From: Nitrosospira multiformis ATCC 25196
Lineage (GTDB): Bacteria; Pseudomonadota; Gammaproteobacteria; Burkholderiales; Nitrosomonadaceae
Assembly (NCBI RefSeq): GCF_000196355.1
Contig: NC_007614.1
Span: 1,530,001-1,562,000 of the forward strand
DNA: 32,000 nucleotides
Direction of reading: 5' to 3'
Made by a program: the position numbers and the translations under genes. The notes below the pieces were generated by a model. It saw only the letters and a list, made by a program, of their open reading frames with translations, did no database searches and was not told the origin of the DNA. Positions 8,841 through 18,171 of this stretch are shown here, one piece after another; position 1 is the first letter of the stretch; each line of letters opens with the position of its first letter.

Positions 8841-10283
8841 ATGCTATCTGTACTATCTGTATCATCGAGCACCGCTTTGCATTCCGCCAAGGATAGTTTG
8901 ACCGAATCGAAAAGCGTTATCCAGAAATCGGATGCGTCCGATTTCCGCAAACTGCTTGCCGCCGGAGTGAACGGTGATGATGAAGCATCGGATACAGGCG
9001 CTAGCGATCCACAGACGGGCGCGACGGCGAATGCGATCGGAAACGGTCTGGGCATACCCGGGAATCGGTCCCTGAAAGATTCTGAAGATACGGACGCTGA
9101 GGCAGAGGCTGAGAAAGATCGCGGCAAAGAAGGGAATTTGACAGCTGAAATGCTGACCGGCGGATTCCAGTTCTCTCGTCCTGCCACGGCTACGGCAATG
9201 CCCGGTATCACAGATGCTTTACACCCCCCTGGTGCCGCCCGCACCTCGGATACCTTAACCGGAATTGAAACTCAGGTCCCTGCCGGCATGCCGGTCCCGC
9301 AGCAGCCTGACGCTGCCTTCGGCCAGAGGAATGTAAACGAGCTGCTCCGGTCTGCTGGCGGAGGGCTCATTTCGCCTGCATCGATAGGACACGAGGCGCA
9401 GGCTGGAGGAGACGCAAAGTCATCCGACCCCTCGGGACTGGCGATGGGAAAGACCATTGTCAGCGTAGGGCAGGGCATGGAAGCCGGAACTCACCCGAGT
9501 TCTGCTATTGCGCGGGACTTCCAGGAGGGACGGGCGGCTGCAGGCGTGAAACTACCCAAAGATATGAAGTTCACAGGAGTCGCGGTGGGCGAGATGTCTC
9601 GCTCGGCCTCCCCAGAGAGCAGGCCGGGGGGAATGTCCCGCAGCATTGGCGATTTCCTGCCGGATGTTTCACATCTGCATCCAGGCTCAACCGCAGGAAG
9701 CGATACCGATACTTCTTCGCTTCCCACATTAGCTGCATCCGTCGTGTCCCCCGAACTCCTGACCCCATCCCCCTCTCCAGGGCCTTTGACAGGCGAGCCA
9801 GGTATGGTACCCGGCACCGCAGATCTGCGCGATCCTTCCTTGCCCAAGCTGGAGCCGCGCCTGGGCACAGGCAGTTGGGATAATGCCCTGGGTCAGAGAG
9901 TACTCTGGATGGTATCTCACCAACATCAGATCGCCGAACTCAATCTGAACCCTGCTGATCTGGGACCGCTGCAAGTCGTTCTGTCCGTGAACAGCGATCA
10001 GGCCAGTGCAGCATTCGTATCCCAGAACCTTGAGGTTCGGCAGGCACTCGAAGCGGCGCTGCCCCGGCTGAAGGAAATGATGGCGGAAAGCGGAATCAAT
10101 CTGGGCAATGCAACAGTCAGCGACCAGGGATCCCGGCAGCAAGGAGATTTCGAAAGGCAAAATAGTGCAGGGCCTCATTATCGGCAGGGAGAAAGCCGGG
10201 TCGCCGCAGCAGGTGCAAGCTTCGGAATGGGCGGTGGCACTGCTGATATTCGCGGACACCAGCTCGTGGATACCTTTGCATAA
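8841..10283 (+). CDS. fliK: Flagellar hook-length control protein FliK
   Basis: 480 aa; low-complexity N-terminus and a C-terminal Flg_hook-like domain (LRLEPRLGTGSWDNALGQRVLWMVSHQHQIAELNLNPADLGPLQVVLSV...EVRQALEAALPRLKEMMAESGINLGNATVS, with small wording differences at the domain start). Confidence 0.92.
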   Translation: MLSVLSVSSSTALHSAKDSLTESKSVIQKSDASDFRKLLAAGVNGDDEASDTGASDPQTGATANAIGNGLGIPGNRSLKDSEDTDAEAEAEKDRGKEGNLTAEMLTGGFQFSRPATATAMPGITDALHPPGAARTSDTLTGIETQVPAGMPVPQQPDAAFGQRNVNELLRSAGGGLISPASIGHEAQAGGDAKSSDPSGLAMGKTIVSVGQGMEAGTHPSSAIARDFQEGRAAAGVKLPKDMKFTGVAVGEMSRSASPESRPGGMSRSIGDFLPDVSHLHPGSTAGSDTDTSSLPTLAASVVSPELLTPSPSPGPLTGEPGMVPGTADLRDPSLPKLEPRLGTGSWDNALGQRVLWMVSHQHQIAELNLNPADLGPLQVVLSVNSDQASAAFVSQNLEVRQALEAALPRLKEMMAESGINLGNATVSDQGSRQQGDFERQNSAGPHYRQGESRVAAAGASFGMGGGTADIRGHQLVDTFA

Positions 10284-10459
10284 TTTTGGGGCGGCTTGTA
10301 ACCAAGCCAGGTATAGAGTTTCTATTTGTGACGTTGGAGACTGCAATCTCCAAATTTCGAGATAACCTGTTTTTTCCCGTTTGTTTCTCACATTGAAGGC
10401 AGGGCATCAGTTCAATAATGCCTCCTGCGTGAGGGTAAAACGGCTAACAGAGCACAACC

Positions 10460-10960
10460 ATGTCAGTCAGACCAAATAAGCAAAGTAAAGATCCGAGGGA
10501 AGTGAAATTGGAGCAGAAATCAGGGAAAGGCAAGCTCGTTCTGATTATCACGGCGTGCGCCCTATTGCTGGGAGCAGGAGGCGGCGGTGCAGGATGGTAT
10601 TTCAGCCAGGTCTACAATGGGACAGGCGCGTTGCCGAAGCCTAAACCTCCTGTGTTTCTCAATCTGGAAACCTTTACTGTCAATCTCCAGCCGGAGCACA
10701 GCGAGCAGCATCTCCAAACCAGCCTTACCTTGAAGGTCGAAGACGAAAGTGTGGTGAATTTAATCAAATTGCATATGCCGGAAGTACGCAACCGCGTGTT
10801 GCTGCTACTTTCGGGCAAGACAGCCACGCAGATTTCGAGTATCGAGGGAAAAAAGAAGCTCGCCTCTGAACTCACTGCCGAGATAAATCACCAGTTCAGC
10901 GAGGAGCGTGTGACAGGATCGGTTGAGAACGTGCTTTTTACTTCGTTCGTGATTCAGTAG
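10460..10960 (+). CDS. fliL: Flagellar basal body-associated protein FliL
   Basis: Single N-terminal TM, VFLNLETFTVNLQPEHSEQHLQTSLTLKVED, terminal VENVLFTSFVIQ; upstream of fliM. Confidence 0.93.
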   Translation: MSVRPNKQSKDPREVKLEQKSGKGKLVLIITACALLLGAGGGGAGWYFSQVYNGTGALPKPKPPVFLNLETFTVNLQPEHSEQHLQTSLTLKVEDESVVNLIKLHMPEVRNRVLLLLSGKTATQISSIEGKKKLASELTAEINHQFSEERVTGSVENVLFTSFVIQ

Positions 10961-10964
10961 CTCC

Positions 10965-11945
10965 ATGAGAGAGGATTTCCTTTCGCGCGAGGAGGTGGAT
11001 GCTCTTCTCAGGGGAGTGAGCAGTGGATCCACGACAAGCGAACAGAGTACGGCTAATCCCGGTTTCCGCCCCTATAACCTTGCGACACAGGAACGCATCG
11101 TACGGGGGCGCATGCCCACCCTCGAAATCATCAATGAGCGTTTTGCGCGCCTCCTGCGCCTCGGACTGTTCAATTTCATGCGCCGCAGCGCAAATGTCAC
11201 CGCGGGACCGGTAAGGGTTATGAAATTCAGCGAATTCGTGCGCAACCTCGCTGCACCAAGCAACCTGAATCTCGTGCATATAAAACCTTTGCGCGGCACC
11301 TCGCTATTTGTATTCGACCCGACACTGGTATTTCTTGTGGTTGACAACCTGTTCGGCGGCGATGGGCGCTTTCTTCCCAAGACTGAAGGCCGCGATTTCA
11401 CTCAGACCGAGCAGCGCATCATCCAGCGCTTGCTCAACCTGGTCTTCGACAGCTATGGCAAGTCCTGGCATCCGGTTTATCCGATCGAGTTTGAGTATCT
11501 GCGGGCAGAAACGAATACCCAGTTTGCCAATGTTGCGACACCGAATGAGGTCGTGGTTGCCACCACCTTCGAGGTCAATTTTGGTTCCGTAGTAGGGGAG
11601 ATGCACATCTGCATGCCTTATTCCATTCTCGAACCGATCCGCGATCTGCTGTCGAGCACTTTGCAAGGTGAGGCATTGGAGGTAGATAAACGCTGGGTCG
11701 GTCGCCTCTCAAAACAGGTGCAGTCGGCTGAAGTGACACTACTCGCAAATCTGACGCATGCCCAGGTAAGACTCGATCAGATCCTGAATATGAAGGTTGG
11801 GGATGTTATTCCCTTGGATATTCCGGAATTCGTTACTGCAAGCGTGGATGGGGTACCGGTCATGGAATGCAAATACGGAATTTCGAATGGGCGCTACGCT
11901 TTGCGTATGGAGAAAATGCTCGCTTCCGGGAACAGTAATGAGTGA
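10965..11945 (+). CDS. fliM: Flagellar motor switch protein FliM
   Basis: 326 aa; FLSREEVDALLRGV, ERIVRGRMPTLEIINERFARLLRLGLFNFMRRSANV, C-terminal SpoA-like region. Confidence 0.96.
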   Translation: MREDFLSREEVDALLRGVSSGSTTSEQSTANPGFRPYNLATQERIVRGRMPTLEIINERFARLLRLGLFNFMRRSANVTAGPVRVMKFSEFVRNLAAPSNLNLVHIKPLRGTSLFVFDPTLVFLVVDNLFGGDGRFLPKTEGRDFTQTEQRIIQRLLNLVFDSYGKSWHPVYPIEFEYLRAETNTQFANVATPNEVVVATTFEVNFGSVVGEMHICMPYSILEPIRDLLSSTLQGEALEVDKRWVGRLSKQVQSAEVTLLANLTHAQVRLDQILNMKVGDVIPLDIPEFVTASVDGVPVMECKYGISNGRYALRMEKMLASGNSNE

Positions 11946-11997
11946 AGTTGAACGCCGCGATCTGTCCAGGCGGCCCTTTGTGAATAAAACTGAGGAG

Positions 11998-12393
11998 ATG
12001 AAAGTGTCTGTAACACCAGCCAATTCCGCAGCTCGAACGCCGGCGGATCAGGATGAGACAATTGGGGCCGGGGAGACTGGCTCGGGGCAGATATTCGAGC
12101 AATTCCAGAATACCCAGAAGGTACAGATCCAGAATGACATTGATCTAGTCATGGATATACCCGTTCAACTCACTGTGCAGTTGGGGCGCACCAAAATCGC
12201 CATCAAGAACCTGTTGCAATTGGCGCAGGGTTCCGTGGTGGAGCTGGATGGGCTGGCGGGAGAACCGATGGATGTTCTGGTAAACGGTTATCTGATTGCT
12301 CAAGGCGAAGTTGTGGTAGTCAATGAGAAGTTTGGCATACGTCTGACCGATATCATCACGCCGAGTGAACGGATACGCAAATTAAACCGCTAA
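11998..12393 (+). CDS. fliN: Flagellar motor switch protein FliN
   Basis: Tracked ORF 11797..12393 overlaps fliM; ATG 11998 (or GTG 11980) more plausible. DLVMDIPVQLTVQLGRTKIAIKNLLQLAQGSVVELDGLAGEPMDVLVNGYLIAQGEVVVVNEKFGIRLTDIITPSERI. Confidence 0.95.
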   Translation: MKVSVTPANSAARTPADQDETIGAGETGSGQIFEQFQNTQKVQIQNDIDLVMDIPVQLTVQLGRTKIAIKNLLQLAQGSVVELDGLAGEPMDVLVNGYLIAQGEVVVVNEKFGIRLTDIITPSERIRKLNR

Positions 12394-12395
12394 TC

Positions 12396-12875
12396 ATGAA
12401 AAGAAAACATCAGAACCCGTTTTTGCCCCGGGCGGTGCTCCGTAATTCTCTTTTAGCGGCAGCGCTCTGGCATTTCGCCTCGCCGGCCATGGCGGTCGGG
12501 GCGAGCGACGGCACCGTTACTTCCAGTGGCAGTCCCTTCCAGGTCATGCTCGGCTTGGGAGTGGTGCTTGCAGTGATCGCGGGGTGCGCGTGGCTGCTCA
12601 AGCGCATGGGTGGAGTATACAGGGGTCATGCAGGAGTGGTCCGGATAATCGGGGGATCGGCGGTGGGGCAACGCGAGCGCGTCGTTGTAGTCGAAGTGGC
12701 CGAGACCTGGCTTGTCGTGGGGGTCGCACCCGGGCATGTAACGGTATTGCATAACATGCCCAAAGGCGATATTGGCGCAAGCATGCTTCATGTTTCCGGG
12801 GCGTCAGGGCATGTTGAAAAAGATTCGAATTTTTCAGGCTGGCTGAAGCGGCTGGCAGAAAAGCATGGCGAATAG
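12396..12875 (+). CDS. fliO: Flagellar biosynthetic protein FliO
   Basis: 159 aa; TM segment [23 protein letters not shown] then [41 protein letters not shown]; between fliN and fliP. Confidence 0.9.
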   Translation: MKRKHQNPFLPRAVLRNSLLAAALWHFASPAMAVGASDGTVTSSGSPFQVMLGLGVVLAVIAGCAWLLKRMGGVYRGHAGVVRIIGGSAVGQRERVVVVEVAETWLVVGVAPGHVTVLHNMPKGDIGASMLHVSGASGHVEKDSNFSGWLKRLAEKHGE

Positions 12876-13653
12876 CATGTCAGATAAAAAATTCCGATCC
12901 AGCACACATATTGCCTACGGGATAGTGGCCGCAGTCCTGTTGCTGACTACGCCTGTGGTTGCGCTGGCACAGGCAAAGGGAGGATTTCCTGCCTTTAGCA
13001 GTACGCCCGCACCCCGGGGTGGACAAACTTACTCATTGAGCCTGCAAACACTGCTGCTGCTCACATCGCTGACATTTCTGCCGGCGGTGCTCCTGATGAT
13101 GACGGGTTTTACCCGCGTCATCATCGTCCTTTCGCTGCTGCGGCAGGCCCTCGGCACCCAATCCTCGCCCCCCAATCAGGTGCTCGTCGGATTGGCGCTG
13201 TTCCTGACTTTTTTCGTCATGAGTCCGGTATTCGACAAGATTTATCAGGACGCATACCAACCTTATGTGGAAAACAGGATGACGATGGAGCAGGCATTGG
13301 AGAAGGGCGCCGTACCGCTCAAAGCTTTCATGCTGAAACAAACTCGGGAGACCGATCTTGCGCTGTTCGTCAAACTCTCGGGCAGGCCGCAGCTGAACGG
13401 ACCGGAAGAAGTATCCCTTCGGGTGCTCGTTCCGGCCTTTGTTACCAGCGAGTTGAAAACCGCATTTCAAATCGGTTTCGCAGTATTCATTCCTTTTCTG
13501 ATTATTGACATGGTCGTGGCATCGGTGCTCATGTCGATGGGAATGATGATGGTATCGCCAGCGCTTGTTGCACTGCCTTTCAAGATCATGCTCTTCGTGC
13601 TGGTCGACGGATGGCATATGCTGATCGGTTCGCTGGCAGAGAGCTTTTATTAA
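12865..13653 (+). CDS. fliP: Flagellar biosynthetic protein FliP
   Basis: [56 protein letters not shown]...[29 protein letters not shown]. Start could be ATG 12877. Confidence 0.97.
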   Translation: MANSMSDKKFRSSTHIAYGIVAAVLLLTTPVVALAQAKGGFPAFSSTPAPRGGQTYSLSLQTLLLLTSLTFLPAVLLMMTGFTRVIIVLSLLRQALGTQSSPPNQVLVGLALFLTFFVMSPVFDKIYQDAYQPYVENRMTMEQALEKGAVPLKAFMLKQTRETDLALFVKLSGRPQLNGPEEVSLRVLVPAFVTSELKTAFQIGFAVFIPFLIIDMVVASVLMSMGMMMVSPALVALPFKIMLFVLVDGWHMLIGSLAESFY

Positions 13654-13698
13654 GGATGCAACATATTTATTCACCGGACGAGATGACGGAAAAAAACC

Positions 13699-13968
13699 AT
13701 GACACCTGAAAGCGTAATGACACTCGGCCAGAAAGCAATGGAAGTTACCTTGATGGTTTCCGCTCCCTTGTTACTGGCCGCACTCGCCACCGGATTGCTG
13801 GTCAGCATCTTTCAGGCTGCTACCCAGATCAATGAGATGACTCTGTCTTTCATTCCCAAACTCGTGGTCCTGTTTGCCATGCTGGTGCTTGCAGGCCCGT
13901 GGATGCTTTCGGTGCTGCTCGACTATATGAGGCAGGTGCTGGAAGGAATTCCCGGAGTGATCGGATAG
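13699..13968 (+). CDS. fliQ: Flagellar biosynthetic protein FliQ
   Basis: 89 aa; two TM helices, TQINEMTLSFIPKLV motif. Confidence 0.95.
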   Translation: MTPESVMTLGQKAMEVTLMVSAPLLLAALATGLLVSIFQAATQINEMTLSFIPKLVVLFAMLVLAGPWMLSVLLDYMRQVLEGIPGVIG

Positions 13969-14078
13969 TTGTCAGAACTATCCGGAAAAGATAGACAAAA
14001 GCGGCATCTTGCTTGTCACATCCCGCCCTCCAGTGCTTCCTGGATCAGAGAGATAAAGCGGAATTTCATTATTGTTAA

Positions 14079-14861
14079 ATGATCACGCTCAGCTCGGTCG
14101 ACCTCAATGCGTGGCTCATTTCCTTTTTCTGGCCTGCTGCCCGTATTCTGGCGCTCCTTTCGGTAGCGCCGGTATTGGGAAATCTTGCAGTTCCTGTCAG
14201 GGTGAAAGTGGGATTGGGTGTCCTCGTCGCACTGGTCGTGGCGCCCACCCTCGAATCGGTGCCAAAGATCGAGTTGGCGTCGGCTCCCGGCCTGCTGGTC
14301 CTCGGTCAGCAGATCATGATCGGCCTGGCAATGGGCTTTGCCATGCGCATCATCTTCAGCGCGATTGAATTGGCGGGAGAAATTGCAGGCTTGCAGATGG
14401 GCTTGGGGTTTGCTACGTTCTTTACGCCTCACAGCGATGGCAGCAGTCTTGTTCTGGGACGTTTCCTGGGTCTGCTGGGAACGCTCGCATTTTTATCATT
14501 CAACGGCCATCTGTTGATGCTGTCTGCGCTGATCGACAGCTTCAACGCCTTCCCAATCTCCACCGAACCCTTTTCAAATATGGGATGGAAAAGGCTGGCG
14601 GAATGGGGGAGTGTTATTTTTAGCGTCGGGCTGCAACTTGCGTTGCCAGTGGTCGCCGCATTATTGATTGTCAACCTCGCGCTCGGCATTCTGACTCGCG
14701 CGTCGCCCCAACTGAACATCTTCGCGGTTGGTTTTCCAATTACCCTGATGATTGGAATGTCAGCGCTCATGCTGTCGCTTCCGCATTTTACCCCGGTGCT
14801 CGAGCGATTAATCACTGACGGATTGCAAACGACGCTCGAGGTGACGCAAAACGCCCGTTGA
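14079..14861 (+). CDS. fliR: Flagellar biosynthetic protein FliR
   Basis: 260 aa multi-TM protein; FFWPAARILALLSVAPVLGN, GLQMGLGFATFF; downstream of fliQ. Confidence 0.94.
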   Translation: MITLSSVDLNAWLISFFWPAARILALLSVAPVLGNLAVPVRVKVGLGVLVALVVAPTLESVPKIELASAPGLLVLGQQIMIGLAMGFAMRIIFSAIELAGEIAGLQMGLGFATFFTPHSDGSSLVLGRFLGLLGTLAFLSFNGHLLMLSALIDSFNAFPISTEPFSNMGWKRLAEWGSVIFSVGLQLALPVVAALLIVNLALGILTRASPQLNIFAVGFPITLMIGMSALMLSLPHFTPVLERLITDGLQTTLEVTQNAR

Positions 14862-14863
14862 GC

Positions 14864-15544
14864 TCAGCGGCTTACCTTACGACGAACGAAGGCCAGGCTG
14901 GCAAGACCTATACCGAGCAGGGCCAGGGAATCTGATTCCGGAAGCTCATTGATTGCAACGATAACGCTTCCCTCAGCAGGGTCTGTAAGATCGAGAAGTT
15001 CGAGACTTGATTCTGTTCCTTTCTTGGTTTTTTTGGGAAAGGATACATCTCCTATGGCTTGGATAAGACCCAGGCCGCTTGAGAAATCTGAGGATATCTG
15101 CTCAGTTCCGAGCAAGTTCCCGCGTCCATCTGCCGACAGGAAGCGTCCTGTCCCGCCTGTTATATCGAAGAAAGAATTCTTCAGCGTATATATGGATGGA
15201 GTGAGGGTAGGAACGAAGCGTCCCCCGTAATCGGCAAAAATCTCGTCTCCACTGAGCAGGGTAAATGTCATTTTACCTTGAAAGGAAAAATAACTGAAAT
15301 CTGCCGCGGGCATGATGCAGTCCCTGGCTGCGAGGGAAACTGCGCCGAAAGATGAAATTCCACTGCCGGAGATCGAGCCTCCCATATGGGAGGCGCATCC
15401 AGCATCAAGACCGATCTGCTCCTGTATGATTGCGCTTACCGAGAAAAGTGCTGCCTCGGGGCCAGAAACGGGCGCAAGCGTAGCCATGCCGGCGGTGACT
15501 GAAGCTATAGAGCGCTTTATCAGCGTTGTGCGAGCTACTTTCAA
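14864..15544 (-). CDS. Secreted PEP-CTERM-like (variant motif) protein of unknown function
   Basis: Tracked ORF 14864..15655. A better start is TTG 15544 (KVARTTLIKRSIASVTAGMATLAPVSGPEAA, signal-peptide-like) with AAAGGA upstream. C-terminus LPESDSLALLGIGLASLAFVRRKVSR matches PEP-CTERM architecture but has E-S where E-P is usual. Confidence 0.8.
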   Translation of the reverse strand: MKVARTTLIKRSIASVTAGMATLAPVSGPEAALFSVSAIIQEQIGLDAGCASHMGGSISGSGISSFGAVSLAARDCIMPAADFSYFSFQGKMTFTLLSGDEIFADYGGRFVPTLTPSIYTLKNSFFDITGGTGRFLSADGRGNLLGTEQISSDFSSGLGLIQAIGDVSFPKKTKKGTESSLELLDLTDPAEGSVIVAINELPESDSLALLGIGLASLAFVRRKVSR

Positions 15545-15891
15545 TTTAAGGTCCTTTAATAATGATTGGCGTATCAATTGTTGAAATCTTACGCCAAAGA
15601 GAAGGTAAAAATTCGGACATGTCGCCAATCTATAATGCGCGACTTTCTGCGTCAACCTTCTGATTGGAAATAGTCACTCTAACGCCATATTTCAGCCTGT
15701 TGGTTATTTGGGCTGATTACAACGGAGTAAAGCGAGTTCCGAACAAATCAAGTAAACTGGCATGCGGGAGTAACCCGGAAACAATGGTATGGCAGACTGC
15801 GACGTCCGCCTCCTGGCCGCTCTTCACACTCGAGCTTGGCGAGATAATTCATTTAAATATAGGGGAATTTCTGTTGATTAAAAACAATTAT

Positions 15892-16428
15892 ATGTTCTCC
15901 ATGGCAATATCGGTCCTGATTGCAGCTGCTGGACAGGCGGACGCTGCTTCATGCCCCGCAGGTACAGCTGCTGCCGCAGCCAAGGGTAAAATATCCAACA
16001 ATATTGTCAGCGACGCCGGTATCGTTGTCGGCGCTGCACACCTTGAAGTTGGCGGCGCCAAAGTTAAATGCGGCCTCCTGGGCAACGGTGGCGTTGGCTC
16101 CGACGGCTCGACCCACTTCGTACAAACACTGGTGTGCGATGACAGTATTCCGGTAACAAACCCTGTGACCGGCCAGAGGGAAACTGTCCATTCCCAGATT
16201 ACCTTTAATACTACCGGTACCGGCGTATTCCAGGCGTGCAATCCCAGTAATCCCCTCGGAGGCTCGTATGGGACATTCCAGGAAACCTCGGTCCCCGTAC
16301 CCGGAACCGGGCGGGGGATGTTTCAGGGTGTCACTGCGGGTAGAATCGCAATTGACGGCCGCATAAATTGCCAATTTTCAATTGACGTGAAATTCCAGGG
16401 CGAGATTTGTATGCCCCATCAGAAGTAA
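15892..16428 (+). CDS. Putative secreted protein with six cysteines, function unknown
   Basis: Tracked ORF 15664..16428; internal ATG 15892 starts MFSMAISVLIAAAGQADA, a signal-peptide-like leader. Mature part has Cys in SC, KC, VC, AC, NC and IC contexts. Confidence 0.65.
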   Translation: MFSMAISVLIAAAGQADAASCPAGTAAAAAKGKISNNIVSDAGIVVGAAHLEVGGAKVKCGLLGNGGVGSDGSTHFVQTLVCDDSIPVTNPVTGQRETVHSQITFNTTGTGVFQACNPSNPLGGSYGTFQETSVPVPGTGRGMFQGVTAGRIAIDGRINCQFSIDVKFQGEICMPHQK

Positions 16429-16510
16429 TCTTGGGATGGGGTCGCGTAGTCTTTTGAGGAGATATCTTTGTGGGACATAACGGGAGTGTGTGATTTCCAC
16501 TGGAAAGCGC

Positions 16511-16594
16511 AACCGGGTGACGGGGACGCGATGACCGAGAACCCTGTTCGCCAGTAGGTATGGGACACGGGACTTTAGATGATTCCACCCGGTT
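16511..16594. repeat. 9-bp perfect inverted repeat with 66-nt spacer
   Basis: AACCGGGTG (16511-16519) and CACCCGGTT (16586-16594) in a non-coding spacer. Confidence 0.6.
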
Positions 16595-16651
16595 ATTGGT
16601 AAGAAAATTTCGGGCGAGGCGGGCAAGGTCACCTTCAAGTGTGGAAGATTT

Positions 16652-17845
16652 TCAGCCCAGCAGCCTTGCCATGCGTCCTAGCGCACCTTCCAGGTTGGAC
16701 ATTGCGGTGGCAAAGGAGAGCCTGATGTAACCTTCGCTCCCAAAAGCGGAGCCTGGCACCACCGCGACCCCCCCCTGTTCCAGCAGATATTCGCTAAAGG
16801 CGATATCGCTGCGATCCTTGATCATCCCATTACCGTGCAAACGTGCGATTGCTTCCCGTGCATCGGCAAATGCGTAGAATGCTCCTTCGGACAGCAGGCA
16901 ACGGATGCCGGCGATACCATTGAGGGCATCAGTCACGAAACGGTTCCGCTGCCGGAACGCTTCCACCATCGGGGTGATACAGGATTGATCGCCATTCAGC
17001 GCTGTTTCAGCCGCGACCTGGGAAATAGAGGCAGGGTTTGAAGTGCTCTGCGACTGGACATTCTCCATTGCGGTAATGATGTGAGCGGGACCCGCGCAAT
17101 AACCGATCCGCCAGCCTGTCATGGCATATGCCTTGGAAACCCCGTTGAGCACCACCGTGCGGGGATACAGGGCTGGACAGGCATTCAGAATATTGACGAA
17201 CTTGCCCTCCGATAGCAGGATGTGTTCGTACATGTCATCCGTGGCAATCAGGATATGGGGATGTCCGAGTAGAACTTCTCCCAATGCCTTGAGTTCGTCC
17301 AGCGTGTAGACACCGCCAGAGGGGTTGCTGGGGCTGTTGATGACGAACATCCGGGTTTTCGGCGTAATGGCTCGCTCGAGCTGAGCCGCTGTAATTTTGA
17401 AACCCTGCTCGATACCCGCCTCGACAATGACCGGCTTGCCTTCGGCGATCAGGACGATGTCAGGATAAGAGACCCAGTAGGGCGCCGGTATGATGACCTC
17501 ATCCCCAGGATTGATGACAGACAGTGTGAGATTGAAAAAGCTTTGCTTGCCTCCGCATGAAACCAGAATTTGTCCCGCAGTATAGTCGAAGCCGTTTTCG
17601 CGCTTGAACTTGGCGATGATCGCATTCTTGAGGCCGGGTGTTCCACCGACAGCCGTATATTTCGTAAAACCGCGCTGAATCGCGGCAACCGCGGCATCCT
17701 TGATGTGCTGGGGGGTATCGAAATCGGGCTCGCCGGCGCCCAGTCCAATAATATCCTTGCCTTCCGCTTTCAGGCGTGCTGCTCGGGCAGTGACAGCCAG
17801 AGTAGGGGAGGGCTTGATGGCCTGAACGCGCTTTGAGAGTTCCAC
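16652..17845 (-). CDS. aspC: Class I/II pyridoxal-phosphate aminotransferase (aspartate aminotransferase-like)
   Basis: 397 aa; SPTLAVTARAARLKAEGKDIIGLGAGEPDFDTP, VINSPSNPSGGVY, NGVSKAYAMTGWRIGYCAGP. Symbol by family resemblance only. Confidence 0.93.
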   Translation of the reverse strand: MELSKRVQAIKPSPTLAVTARAARLKAEGKDIIGLGAGEPDFDTPQHIKDAAVAAIQRGFTKYTAVGGTPGLKNAIIAKFKRENGFDYTAGQILVSCGGKQSFFNLTLSVINPGDEVIIPAPYWVSYPDIVLIAEGKPVIVEAGIEQGFKITAAQLERAITPKTRMFVINSPSNPSGGVYTLDELKALGEVLLGHPHILIATDDMYEHILLSEGKFVNILNACPALYPRTVVLNGVSKAYAMTGWRIGYCAGPAHIITAMENVQSQSTSNPASISQVAAETALNGDQSCITPMVEAFRQRNRFVTDALNGIAGIRCLLSEGAFYAFADAREAIARLHGNGMIKDRSDIAFSEYLLEQGGVAVVPGSAFGSEGYIRLSFATAMSNLEGALGRMARLLG

Positions 17846-18171
17846 AATAATGTCCTTATGCTAATGGCACTTGTGCTGCGTGATAAAATCAGCCATCAAG
17901 TCGCGGGTGATGCTGCATGCGGTGGTTGGAGGAGATGAAAAAAACGCCTGATGAGGCTTGAGATTTGAAACAGGATGAAGTGGAGCGGGGTAACCGGTTC
18001 TCTCTTGCAATCCCCGGATAGCTCCATCCGACCTGTTGCACCGCGCATACTTGCGAAAAATACGCACTCCACTTCTCCAGTTTGACGAGGGGCCAGGCGA
18101 AGCAGAAACAATGCTGCAAGTCATGGAATTAACTGAAAAACAGTAGACAACGATGGATTTGGATTATACCC

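Noticed and set aside
10334-10353. TTGGAGA-CTGCAA-TCTCCAA inverted repeat between fliK and fliL as a terminator
   Set aside because: Only 7 bp stem and no adjacent U-tract; fliL-R continue in the same direction. Too weak to call.
14016-14432. 138-aa minus-strand ORF antisense to the fliR 5' region
   Set aside because: Basic, Arg/Gln/His-rich translation opposite a well-supported FliR coding region.
17889-18124. Three overlapping minus-strand ORFs (17861..18124, 17889..18119, 17896..18111) in the aminotransferase-uvrB spacer
   Set aside because: Mutually exclusive frames in a divergent promoter region, low-complexity translations, no recognisable domain.
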